64,000 nucleotides of DNA from Torpedo marmorata (Eukaryota), in assembly GCA_977017645.1 (NCBI GenBank), contig OZ360223.1:204662001-204726000 (forward strand). The letters are read 5' to 3'. The position numbers and the translations under genes were made by a program. Positions within the stretch are counted from its first letter, which is position 1. Every line of letters starts with the position of its first letter. The notes beneath the pieces were generated by a model. It was not told the origin of the DNA and searched no databases. It worked only from the letters and a program-made list of their open reading frames with translations. Shown piece by piece: positions 49,001 to 61,470 of the stretch.

Positions 49001-49660
49001 TCAAACCCCTGAGGTATGGTATACTGTAATGTATAATTATTTTAAGGGTGTGGCATCCCCAAATATTTGAACAAAAGTTGTAAGCGCTGACGTTACGTTT
49101 AGTTTTTTTTTCTTTTTCTTTCTCTTCTGTTTTGGTTTTATTCTTTTTGGGTGGGGGAGGGAGGGTTAAGGGGCGTAATGTATCCTGTACTTGATACATA
49201 TGAAATTTATGTATATTCGTGATTGTTGATTAATGTTTTGTGAAAATTTTGAAAATGAAAAATAAAATATTTTTTAAAAAAGTAATCTCTATGCCATAGG
49301 TGCTCTGTGATTAGTAAGGGATTACTTAAGGTGGTATGTGAGTGGAAAGAAAAAGTTTGAAAACCACTTTTTTAATCGTACCTAATTGACTTGTTATGTG
49401 CACGGTTTCATAACTCCAAAGGAAATGGGCCAATGACAATTTTACTCAAGCAAAATATTTCAGTAACAATTGTGTCTAGAGCAGTGGTTCTCAACCTTCC
49501 CTTCCCACTCACATACCACCTTAAGTAATCCCTTACTAATCACAGAACACCTATATAGGGATTACTTAAGGTGGTATGTGAGTGGAAAGAAAAAGTTTGA
49601 AAACCACTGCTCTTGATACTGACCCCTGGTTTTAAAGGTTTTGTTGTTCCACTGCTCCAT

Positions 49661-49781
49661 ACTCATTTATTAATAGGTCAGCAATTAACAAGCTAAGCAT
49701 CCTGACACCTACTGAACACATGGCAGGCACTTATGTTCAATGTAGTTTGGCTGAACACTGGCGTTTATTGACAAAAGATTT
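49661..49781 (+). repeat. 121-bp inverted duplication, copy 1
   Basis: Exact reverse complement of 51558-51678 by manual comparison. Confidence 0.95.
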
Positions 49782-51557
49782 GACAAGTTATTGCAAAGGA
49801 GAGGTATTTTCATTACCCACTCATAATAGGGCACCAGTAAATCTATGCAGAAGCCAGAACCTTTAATTATTTTCTCTTTCCTGAGCTGGGAATGGTAGCC
49901 TCATGCTAGTGTGGTCGACCAGCTAATTGACGATGTACCAGGAACAAAACCTACGAATTAATGTGGCTTTACTAATCACGAAGATGAAAATGCAGCAGCT
50001 ATCGTGCCATCGACCCCTCCTCTCCATCCACAATTAACCCAGTGCAGTTTCTTCCACATGAGAATCCTTGTAAGGATAATTCCACCCTCTAAATCACATT
50101 AAGCTTAGTACAGTTATCTTTCTCTGCAGTCAATAAAGTGGCATCTAGTATTTGATAAATGAGCAACATTTCCACCCAGAAGATAAGTAAATCACAAACA
50201 TATCTCTACAAATAATGACTCACTCAATCCTGGTGACCACTCTACAGTCAGGCCATCTGATAAAAATGGAAACAATTTCAAGCATTCTTGGAAATGATGG
50301 GGTATGATACATTCTTATTTCGAGTGGGGAGTGTTAAGGTATAGAGTTGGAGGGAAGCGCCTAAGGATTCCTGGCCAGAAATGGGATCTTTTTAACTCCG
50401 TGGACTCATTTAAAAAGTTCTGCTCTGTGTCTGAATCAAAACCAGTGGAAGTGAGATGTTGGCGTGTGATTGGAGCAGGATTTGGACAGCTCTGGGTTTC
50501 ATAAAATTAATTGCCGAGAAAGATAAATTATGCAAGAACTGGTTGCAGGGATAAATGTGGACAGAGAAAAGTAGGAGAAGAAACTTTGCCCCACCTGGCT
50601 AGGCTCAATGTTTCCTTCTTGCACAGAGAGAGTGCTATTGCTCTTGTGCCAAAAATACATTTTTCAAAAAGTTTAAAAAAAACTCTTACATGCATCTCTT
50701 CTAGCCCTAACCTATAGCATTTGGCAGATTGTAAAGGTTGTTTCTAACAAAAGGGAATCAGATAGATTTCCTTTTCTTTTGGAGAGTGCAATTGCAGATA
50801 TATTAAACATTTTTATCATTCTTAAAATTGTTGAAAACTTTAATATTGTAGATGTTTTAATCCCAGAGGTTTTATCAATGGTCATAGCTACAGTTCAGTG
50901 CTGGAACTGAAAGTTGTGCTCCAGTTTCTGAAGTGCTTAATTTAAATTCTAACACCTGGAAAGACATCTTTTGTAATGAAATTTAATAAAGCATTTTTAA
51001 CATGAATATGTTGAGTGGAATACTGAATCCAGGGTTTAAATTCAGATGAAAATTTGTCTAAATCACTGAAAAATAATTGTTGATTTTTTTTCCTGTTATG
51101 AAACTCTTTTGAATCATTTTTAAGATGTTTGATTTTCCTCTCCTCATCACACCTCCACCCCACACCACATTGGCTAAAGTGGCAGTCTCCACTTCCCGGA
51201 CCTGATATTACTATTCTTAGCATTGGGCTTTTTTTGTTGACTCACTTTCTGATTTTCCCTCCTTCCCCCTCATGGGAAGCATCTGGCTTCTGCTCAGTGC
51301 CTTTACTTGGATGCGATGGCCAGGATCAGGAACTTGCCATGTGGAAAATCTCAGAAATGAATCTGTATCCCTGTTTAGCATATTGAACACTTCTCCAGCT
51401 GCTCTCCTCTCATATATTTCTGATCATGTTCCTATTAATCACTCAACTGACCAAAACTGTGAACAGAGCAATTTGAAAGCTGCCTTAACCCAAAACCTAT
51501 CTCTGGAAGAACAAAGCTTATTGTTTAATTTTATTTGTGTATCCTGGTGATTAGAAA

Positions 51558-51678
51558 AAATCTTTTGTCAATAAACGCCAGTGTTCAGCCAAACTACATT
51601 GAACATAAGTGCCTGCCATGTGTTCAGTAGGTGTCAGGATGCTTAGCTTGTTAATTGCTGACCTATTAATAAATGAGT
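51558..51678 (-). repeat. 121-bp inverted duplication, copy 2
   Basis: Exact reverse complement of 49661-49781 by manual comparison. Confidence 0.95.
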
Positions 51679-53230
51679 CTTTAATACAGTTCAGCTAGAG
51701 GCAGGGGATGAGGCCAAGGGTGGAGACAGCTGTTTACAGCTGTTTACATGACATCTGTTTGTGCTGGTGCATAGCTGTAACAGGATTTCCCTGCTGGAAA
51801 CGTATGTGCTTTTTTTTTGGGAGACAGTCACAGCAATTTGTATTGTTTGTGGAAGGTCTGGGACAAAAATAGAACCGAAAGTAATTTCTGGCTGGGATCT
51901 GTTTTCATTTCCCTTCAATCTTTTCTTTAAAGATTAGAGGAAATGGTTTCTGAGTGTAAATATTGTCAGTTATTTTTATCACAGAAAACTTATCATTATT
52001 GTCTGCAAGCTCTGGTGGTGTCGTATGCTATTAGTGATGGGAGAAAAAGAGATCATGATTTATTTTCCCTCCCCTCGACTTTTGAATAAAATTTGAAAGG
52101 GCTGCATACTGCAATATTGCTATTCAACTGTCTCTAATTTTAGCAAATGTGTCAATAATTGCAATATCCTGCAGCCATGGATATTTAGTGACTTGTTGGA
52201 TAAAGAATGTTAGATTTCAAAATTTAGGAACTATCAGAATAAAGCTTTGAAAGCTTGTTGGCTAAATATCATAGTACATATATATTACAATGTGACAGTC
52301 AACTTAGATATGGACTTATTTGTTGTTTGGCACTTTATTTCTTCTATCATGATGTTAGCTCATCTATGAGGCATGCTCCTTCAGTTGGTACGACACACAA
52401 GAAGCTTTTGGATTCCTTTATGTCATGTACTCCTTGTGTCCTGGAAGGAAATTTGCCTTTTGATATTGATGCCATTCTTTTCTTTCTTCTGCCTTTGACT
52501 TCCTTTGCTTCCTGTACCATCAAAGAGAAACTGTCAGATATACACGCCTCTCTGAGTCAGGTTGCAACACGGAGATTCTAGTTAAAATCAACAAACATAA
52601 TTCAATCACTTGTTCTGCTGAGCTGATGTAAATTGCTTTGAAATAGTGTCATTTGGAATTTGGAGCAGGGCGTTAGAATGTGATCTTGCAGCTGGATGAA
52701 AAGACGGTTCGAGAATTTGTTTTGCAAATTGATCAGGCCTTCCCTCATTCTATATGATGTACTGACTTTATGAGTTCCTGATTTATTGAGAATTGTAGTA
52801 TATTATCACTTCGGTGACCCTGATTAGCTCTTTACTTTTGAGATTCCAGTAATAGTATGTAGTGGCAATATTGTGATCCATAACATCTTTTCTTTGGGTG
52901 CCACATGTGATGAATATATTCTATTTGGGAGAGTGATACACTCGAGCATACTTATGATGTTTGTCACTCCAGCCGCTGTGTTGGTAATGACTTGACTTGT
53001 GCAGAGATAATGTCTGCTGTAAGTGTTCAAAGTAAGTAGACTACAATTTCAATTAACATGCAATGTTGATTTGATATCAGAGTGCTGCAAAATTGAAGCT
53101 ATATGTTCCATCTTATGGGCTTTCTCAACCTGGCACACCTGCAAATGTATTCAGAACCAGGAAGAATGCCCGAAAAGTACAGTTTACAGGGATCATGAAC
53201 TACAAGTTGCTGATTGACTTCTATTGAGTG

Positions 53231-55890
53231 TCAGAATCAGAATCAGAATTTATTGTCATGAACAAGTCATGAAATTCGGTGTTTTGCGGCAGCATCATAG
53301 TGCAATTAACATTCATATTAACCATCTTACGACATTACTATAAAAAATTATAAACAATAGTGCACGAAAAGTAAGGCAGTGTCTTTGGTTCATTGATTAT
53401 TCAGGAATCTGATGGCAGCGGGGAAGAAGCTGGCCTTGTGCCGTTGAATGCTCCAGGACAGATCCTCGGAGATGTTGACACCCAGGAATTTGAAGTTCTT
53501 GACCCTCTCCACTACTGAGCCCTCGATGAGAACTGGGTCATGTTCCCCTGACTTCCTCCTGAAGTCCACAATCATCTCCTTGGTTTTGCTGACGTTGAGC
53601 TCAAGGTTGTTGCCATTACACCATTCAACGAGCTGATCTATCTCCCTCCTTTACGCTTCCTCATTGCCGTTTGTGATTCTGCCGACAACTGTGGTGTCAT
53701 CAGCAAACTTGTAGATGGCATTGGAATTATGCCTGGCCACACAGTCATGGGTGTATAACGAGTAGAGCAGTGGACTAAGCACGCATCCTTGGGGTGCGCC
53801 TGTGTTGATAATCAGTGAGGAGGAGACGTTGTTTCCAATTCGTAGTGACTGTGGTCTTCCGATGAGAAAGTCAAGGATCCAGTTGCAGAGTGGGGTACAG
53901 AGGCCTAGAGTTTGTAGCTTCTTGACCAGCACTGAGGGAATAATGGTATTGAAGGCCAAGCTGTAGTGGATGAAGAGCAGCCGCATGTATGAATTGTTGT
54001 TTTCGAGGTGATCCAGAGCTGAGTGGAGAGCCAGCAATATTGCATCTGCTGTGGAGCGATTGTGACGATAGGCGAATTGCAGTGGGTCCAGATCTTTGCT
54101 TAGGTATGTGTTAATTCTGGCCATGACCAGCCTCTCAAAGCATTTCATCACGGTAGAAGTTAGTGCTACTGGGTGGTAGTCGTTGAGGCAGCCCACACTA
54201 CTCTTCTTGGGTACCGGGATGATTGATGCCCTTTTGAAGCAGGTGGGAACCTCTGACTGCCGCAATGAGAGGTTGAAAATGTCCGTGAACACTCCGGCTA
54301 GTTGTTTGGTGCAGATTTTCAGTACCCTGCCAGGTACGCCGTCAGGGCCTGACGCCTTGCGAGGGTTCACCCTCTTGAATGATGTTCTGATGTCGCCCTC
54401 AGAGACAGATATCACAGGGTCCTCAGCCTTTTCAGGGATTCTAGTAGGCACTGTTTTGTTCTTCTTCTCAAAGCGGGCATAGAAGGTGTTCAGCTCATCG
54501 GGTAGTGAAGCATCACAGCCGTCTATAGTGTTCGCCCTCGCTTTGTAGGCTGTAATGGCCTTCACTCCCTGCCATAGCTGGCGTGTATCTGTCTCTGTCT
54601 CTAGCTTCCTCCGGAATTGCCACTTTGCTTCAGAGATGGCCTTCCGCAGGTCGTGCCTGGACGTCTTGTAAAGATCCCAGTCCCCGGCCTTAAATGCCCT
54701 TGTTCTCGTCCTCAGCAAGTTGCGAATTCTCTGATTCATCCAAGGCTTCTGGTTGGGGAACACCCGGTATTTGCACGTGGGCACACACTCATCCACGTAG
54801 GTCTTGATGAAGTCGGTGACACCTGTTGCATATTCATTTAGGTCTATGGCTGAGTGCTTGAATATGCTCCAGTCCACCGATTCAAAGCAGTCCTGCAGAC
54901 GCTCCTCCGCCCCCCTCGACCATACTTTTGCCGTCCTCACCACTGGTGCTGTGGTCTTCAGTCTCTGCTTGTATGCTGGGAATAGAAGTACAGCCAGGTG
55001 ATCAGACTTGCCGAAGTGCGGTCGTGGTATGGCTCGGTATGCGTTCTTCACGGTGGTGTAGCAGTTGTCGAGTGTGTTGGTTCCCCTGGTCTCGCATGTG
55101 ATGTGTTGGTGGTAGTTTGTCAGTGACTTCTTCAGATTGACCTGATTGAAATCTCCCACAATGATCAGGAAGGCATCAGGATGTGCTGTCTCATGGCTGT
55201 TTATCACAGTGCTCAGTCCCTCCAGTGCCAGCCTGACGTTAGCCTGGGGCGGAATGTACACTGCGACTAGGATGATGGCGGTGAACTCCCTCGGCAGATA
55301 GAATTGGCGACACTTGATCGCCAGATGTTCCAGGTCGGGGGAGCAGGACTGGGACATGACCGTCACGTCTGTGCACCACGATGAATTGATGATGACACAA
55401 ACGCCGCCTCCCCTGGTTTTTCCAGACGCCGGTGTTCGGTCAGCACGATGGAGGGTGTAGCCCTTGGGCTGTAGCGCCGTGTCCGGAATGTCCGCGTTTA
55501 GCCACGTTTCTGTAAAGCACATCACGCAGCACTCCCTGATGACTCTCTGATGTTGAAGTCTGGCTTGAAGTTCATCAAGTTTGTTCTCCAAGGATTGTAC
55601 GTTGGCCAGGAGGATGGTAGGGAGCGGAAGCTTCAGGTCCCCGCGTCTCAGCTTAACCTGTAGCCCCCCTCTACGTCCACATGGTCGGGTCTTCTTTACC
55701 TGGCCCGTGGGTCTGCTGCTGGTCGTTCCCGCAGTGTTTAAACGGTCCGTGCGCTGTCCCTTTAAATCCTTCGCAATGTTTAAGTGTGCTGAGTGCCTGC
55801 TGACTGCGACTCCTGCAAAGTTTAACTGGCCTGTTCTCTACCATTGATAGTTTATTAAAGTTGATAGCGTCTACAGGGAGTGGTGTACCA
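53231..55890 (-). mobile_element. Near full-length Rex1/Babar-type LINE (APE plus RT) with a 3' internal deletion
   Basis: PTILLANVQSLENKL, CFTETW, GDFN, SDH, PQGCVLSPLLYSLYTHDC and KFADDTT in ORF 53651-55591, which ends at a premature stop; (TTCTGA)n tail. 3' UTR is nearly identical to the 31360-31557 copy. Confidence 0.92.
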
Positions 55891-55892
55891 AA

Positions 55893-57222
55893 GAACCATA
55901 GAACATTACAGCACAGAAACAGGCCTCCTCGGCCCTTCTAGTCCGTACCAAACCATTTATTTTGCCCAGTCCCACTCTCCTGCACTCAGTCCATAGCCCT
56001 CCATACCCCTCCCATCCATGTACCTGTCCAAATTCCTCTTAAATGTTAAAATTGAGCCTGCATTCACCACTTCAGCTGGAAGCTCGTTCCACACCCCCAC
56101 CACTCTCTGTGTGAAGAAGTTCCCCCTCATGTTCCCCCTAAACTTTCCCCCTTTCATTCTTAACCCACGTCCTCTGGTTTGTATCTCACCTACCCTCAGT
56201 GGAAAAAGCCTATCTACATTTACTGTCTATCCCCCTCATAATTTTAAATACCTCTATCAAATCTCCCCTCATTCTTCTGCGCTCCAGGGAATAAAATCCT
56301 AACCTGTATAACCTTTCCCTGTAACTCAGTTCCTGAAGTCTGGGCAACATCCCAGTAAATCTTCTCTGCACTCTTTCTATCTTATTGATATCTTTCCTTT
56401 AGTTAGGTGACCAAACCTGCACACAATACTCCAAATTTGGCTTAACCAATGTCTTATACAACTTTAACATAACATCCCAACTCCTGTACTCAATACTTTG
56501 ATTTATGAAGGCCAATATGCCAAAATCTCTCTTTACAACCCTATCCACCTGTGACGCCACTTTCAGGGAATTATGTATCTGTATTCCCAAATCCCTCTGT
56601 TCTACCGCACTCCTCAGTGGCCTAACATTTACCGTGTATGTCCTTTCTTAGTTTGTCCTTCCAAAATGCAGCACCTCACACTTGTCTGCATTAAATTCCA
56701 TCTGCCCTTTTTCAGCCCATTTTTCCAGCTGATCCAGATCCCTCTGCAAGCTTTGAAAACCTTCTTCGCTGTCCACACCTCCAATCTTAGTGTCATCTGC
56801 AAACTTGCTGATCCAATTTACCACATTATCATCCAGATCATTGATATAGATGACAAACAACAATGGTCCCAGCACCAATCCCTGAGGCACACCACTAGTC
56901 ACAGGCCTCCAGTCTGAGAAGCAATCATCCACCACTACTCTCTGGCTTCTCCCGTCCAGCCATTGTCGAATCCAGTTTACTACTTCACCATGAATACCTA
57001 GCATCTGAACCTTCCTGACTAACCTCCCATGTGGGACCTTGTCAAAGGCCTTACTAAAGTCCATGTAGACAACATCCACAGCCTTTCCTTCATCAACTTT
57101 CCTGATAACCTCCTCGAAAAACTCTATAAGATTGGTTAAACACGATCTACCATGCACAAAGCCATGTTAACTATCCCTAATCAGTCCATGGCTATCCAAA
57201 TAATTGTATATCCGATCTCTTA
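55893..57222 (-). mobile_element. 5'-truncated CR1 LINE
   Basis: GRSCLTNLIEFFE, YMDFSKAFDKVPH, SGVPQG, KFADDTK and RGNFFTQRVV, then the CR1 tail. Confidence 0.93.
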
Positions 57223-57774
57223 CAACACCAGATACTGAAGGATTTCATTTTGACCCCAATGCTCCTGCACAAATAAGTTACTCCCAAAGATAGGTTCCTT
57301 CTTCTTGGTGTGCACCATGACCGTGGAATTGAACTATTGGCACGCTGCTGGCAGAGGGCAGAGCAGAAGGGAAAGAAAGGGACCTCATAGCAAGTCATGT
57401 CTGCTACAGTATTTGGAGACTAATTATTGTGTCTAAGTAAGAAAGAATGTGGCAGCCAATCTTCTGTAAAAACATTCTTAGTAAGATGTGTCAATTATTC
57501 CAGCCAGATGGAAAATTCAGATCTGTGAGGAAACGGCATTGCCACTAGCTGTTGTGGCCTAAGGCCAGGCCTATCTTTTATGTGTCAGAAACATCATGGG
57601 TTGGATCTGTAGATGTCTCACTATTTCCTACAAAGCCTCACTACTTCTCATCCAGAGAGCACAATGATAGCTTTTTTGACAGGCCTGTCAATACACCCAG
57701 TGTTTAATTCTGCATCCCTAACCCTGCTACAAAAGGCAGATCAGAGATGTCTATCTGAATCGCCTGCAGCAAGA

Positions 57775-59205
57775 CTAATGTACAAGGCTCCTCAACTCTT
57801 GCTCTGCTTCATTGACGACTACATTGGTGCTGCCTTATGCACCCATAATGAGCTCGTCGACTTGATCCACTTTACTGCCAATTTTCACCCGACCTCAAAT
57901 TCACTTGGTCCATCTCTAGCGACACTGACCCATTGTTGATCTCTTTGTCTCCATCTCGGGAGACAAACTCTTGACAGACATCTGCTACCAACCAACCAAC
58001 CAACTCCCACAGCTACCTCGACTACACCTCTTCACATCCTGATCACTTTAAGGATTCCATTCCTTTCTCTTATTTCCTTCTTCTCTGTCGCATCTGCTCC
58101 CAGGATGAGGTCTTCCTTGCAAGATCATCAGAGATGTCTTCCTTCCAAAAACTTGGTTTCCCCTCTATCAACATCAACTCGGCCCTCACCCGCATATCCT
58201 CCATTACCCACACATCTATCTGGCCCCCTCCACCCCCAGGTGCAACAAGGACAGGATTTCTCTTGTCCTTACCTACCATCCCATCAGCCACTGCATCCAT
58301 CATATCATCCTCCACCATTTCCCCCACCTACTATGTGATCCCACCTTCCCATCTCTTCCCCTCTCCACCTTCTGAAGGGGCCGCTCCCTCCATGACTCCC
58401 TCGTCCACTCCTCCCTTTCCTCTAATCACACCCTTGGCAGCTACCCCTGTGACCACAGGAGATGCTCCACTTGTGCCCACGCCTCCTCCCTCACCATCAT
58501 TCGGGGTCCCAAACAGTTATTCTAAGTGAACCAACACTTCACTTGTGAATCTGCAGGAGTCATCTACTGCATCCATTGCTCCCATTGTGGTCTCCTCTAC
58601 ATCAGAGAGACTGGACGCAGACTAGAGGATCGCTTCGCTGAGCACCTTCACTCTGTCCACTGCAACAGCGGTGATCTCCCAGTGGCAACCCATTTCAATT
58701 CCCCGCCCTATTCCCATGCCGACATCTCTATCCGTGGTCTTATGCACTGTCAGTCTGAGACCACACACAAATTGGAGGAACAACACCTCATATTCCGTCT
58801 GGGCACCTTCCAACCAGATGGCATTAACATCGACCTCCAGTTTCGGTTAGCCCCCACCCCCTCCCTGTCTCTCTCTTTCCCTATGCCTATGTCTCCTTTG
58901 CTCACTCTATCTCTGTTTCTCTCTCCCTTTCCCTCTGTCCCCTTTCCTCCAGCTCTACATTCACAGAGCCACACCTCTCCCCTGATCAATTCTCACCTTT
59001 CCTCTCCTGTCCTATCCATGTTAAATTATCACCTTTTGCCTGCTAGCCTGTGCTTCTCTTCCTCCAGCCTTCTAATTTAGGGGTCTTTCTGCTTTTTGCT
59101 CATACCTTGACATGGGCTCAGGCCCGAAATGTTCGTTATATATCTTTACCCCCGATGGAGGCTCAAGACCTGTTGAGTACCTCCAGCATTTTTGTGTTTT
59201 TACTA
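57775..59205 (+). mobile_element. Penelope-like element (RT remnant, GIY-YIG endonuclease, terminal repeat)
   Basis: FIDDYIG; FTCESAGVIYCIHCSHCGLLYIRETGRRLEDRFAEH...PVATHFN...LEEQHLIFRLGTFQPDGINID; degenerate hammerhead at about 59101-59140. Confidence 0.92.
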
Positions 59206-59405
59206 ATGTACAACTTGCAATTTCCTTATCCTACATGCAGGCCATATGTTTCACCTCCTGGTCCCACCTCTCCGCTAACCTCTAAATTATTTTCCACTGT
59301 GTCAGTATATAAGCTGGTGGCTTGATGTATTAAATGCTGAATGACCAAAGGAACTGCTCACGCTAGCCATCGAACACTCTATTTATGAAACAATATTTAT
59401 TTATT

Positions 59406-59878
59406 GTAAAAACACAAAATGCTGGAGAAGCTCAGCAGATCAAACAGTGTCCTTTATGTAGCAAAGGTAAAGATACATAACTGACGTTTCAGGCTTGAGC
59501 CCTTCATCAAAGTATGAGAAAATGCCGGCAGGCGTCCGAACAAAAGAGTTGGGGGGGGAGGGGTGGCAAAGGCAGGAGATGATAGGTGGAGAAAGGAGGG
59601 AAGGGACAGCAGCAATGAGGGGGAGGAGGGATGGCTGGCTGGCCATCCCTCCTCCCCCTCATTGATGCTGTCCCCTCCCTCCTTTCTCCACCTATCATCT
59701 CCTGCCTTTGCCACCCCTTCCCCCCCCCTCTCCCACTCTTTTGTTCGGATGCCTGCCGGCATTTTCTCATACTTTGATGAAGGGCTCAAGCCCGAAATGT
59801 CGGTTATGTATCTTTACCTTTGCTACATAAAGGACACTGTTTGACCTGCTGAGCTTCTCCAGCATTTTGTGTTTTTAC
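59406..59878. repeat. Foldback of two inverted Penelope terminal repeats
   Basis: Arms of about 230-237 bp meet at GGGATGGC-TGGCTG-GCCATCCC (about 59628-59649). Each arm carries a hammerhead-like motif (59476-59516 on -, 59768-59808 on +). Confidence 0.93.
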
Positions 59879-59894
59879 TTCAACTACGGTGATT

Positions 59895-60087
59895 TACTTT
59901 TTAATGTTTATTTATTTATTTATATGTATATATGAATACTTGTCTTGCATATGTATTGTTTGTCTGCATGTGTGTTATGTCTGATTGTGTGTCTACATGT
60001 TTTACACTAAGGACCGGAGAACGCTGTTTCGTTGGGTTGTACTTGTGCAATCAGATGATAATAAACATGACTTGACTTGACTTGACT
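59895..60087 (+). mobile_element. LINE 3' UTR/tail fragment with (TTGAC)n
   Basis: AATAAAC followed by TGACTTGACTTGACTTGACT. Confidence 0.5.
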
Positions 60088-60214
60088 AAATAAAGAGAGA
60101 ATGTGTTTTTCATCATCACACATTTTTTCTACGACTGTCTGATCAGATTGCATATTTTGGTAATCAGATAGTAGAAGGTAATGCAGAAGGATTGGTGTAA
60201 GGGGAGGGTAGTTG

Positions 60215-60455
60215 AAAGATATAAAAGGGACCGAGGGAGCACCTTTTTCATGCAGAGTGTGGTGGGTATCTGGAATGAGTTCCAGCAGACCTAGTAGAGG
60301 CAAGAACATTTAAAAGTTATTTGGACAGATACATGGATAGGAAATGTCTAAAGGGATTTGGGCTGAATACAGGCAAATAACACAAGCTTAGGTAGACAAC
60401 TTGATCGGCATGGACAAGAGCCTGTTTCCATGCTGCATATTTCTTTGACTCTATG
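60215..60455 (+). mobile_element. CR1 3' remnant
   Basis: FFMQSVVGIWNE...YLDRYMDRK remnant and CR1 tail. Confidence 0.7.
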
Positions 60456-60844
60456 AAAGGATGAGGTGCTTCTGTGTCTTATAAATCAGAACATATCATT
60501 GGATGAAAGGAAAGGGGATTAGTAAAAAATGCTGGAAGACAGTGCCCACTGTCTCGGGTAACTGTGCCCTTTAGTGGGTGAAGCATTTGGAGATGCAATC
60601 ACTAACTTTGACCTCTCATAGTAGGCTCTTGGGGTTTGATATGTGGCCTGGACTGACACAGTTATCTTCTCCAACAGACTTTGTAATGCATGTCTCAAAG
60701 GCTTCCTGGCTTCTGAGGAACTGGAACCTTTCTACTACTTTGCACTTCCTCCACCTATAACTGCAGTGCAAAGCATTATTTTTCGTGTGACCCCTGATTT
60801 TACCTTTTCCTGTAATCAAATCTCCTCTCACACTTCTGAACACT

Positions 60845-61470
60845 AATGGATACAAACTGGCCTCTCAAACCCTTCCTCATAAGACAATCTGCTCCCTCTT
60901 GGTAATAATCCAGTAAACCTTCTCTGGATTGTTTACAACACATTTAGAGCCTTCATTAACTATTGGACACAGTACTCCAGATGAGGTCTGAACAATGCCC
61001 TATGTAATTGAACATGCAACCTTCGTAAACTGTATTCAACTTCCCTATAAATAATGATAACATTTTGTTGGGTTTCCTAATTGTTGTACCTGCTTACTAC
61101 ACACCCAGATCCCTCTGCAATCCAGAGTTCTGCAGTCTCTCACTTTTTTTTTCAATTTTCCTGCCAAAATAGACAATTTCACACCGTTGCCCTATTTGCC
61201 TTCATGACTTATTTTCTTACCTCTCTTTGCATCATCAACATATTTAGCAAACACACCTTTGGAGCTTTCAAGTTATTCATATAAATTTTTAAAAGTTGCA
61301 GCCCCAACAATGATCCTTGTGTCACACCACTAGTTATATCTTGCCAACCAGAAAAAACCTATTTGTGCCTACTGTCTGTTTCTAGCCAGGCAGCCCATCT
61401 GACATCCATTCTTTCATTTTCTACAAAAAAAAACTTTTATGCGGCAGCTTATCAAATACCTTCTGGAATT
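60845..61470 (-). mobile_element. Highly degraded CR1 RT remnant
   Basis: acacagtactccagatgaggtct (reverse complement RPHLEYCV) and ccccaacaatgatccttgtgtcacaccact (SGVxQGS). Confidence 0.65.

Larger units (their letters stand above)
43800..49279 (+). mobile_element. Full-length decayed L1 retrotransposon (about 5.5 kb)
   Basis: 16-bp TSD AAGTAATCCCTATGCC (43784-43799) / AAGTAATCTCTATGCC (49280-49295); G-rich 5' start, ORF1, ORF2, AATAAA at 49261 and a short A tail. Confidence 0.95.
43742..49609. mobile_element. Composite hAT/Charlie MITE (two palindromic units) interrupted by L1
   Basis: Outer TIRs CAGTGGTTTTCAAAC (43742) and GTTTGAAAACCACTG (49609); 8-bp TSD CTCTAGAT (43734-43741) / CTCTTGAT (49610-49617). 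Unit A is 43742-43799 plus 49296-49368; unit B is 49482-49609. Confidence 0.9.
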
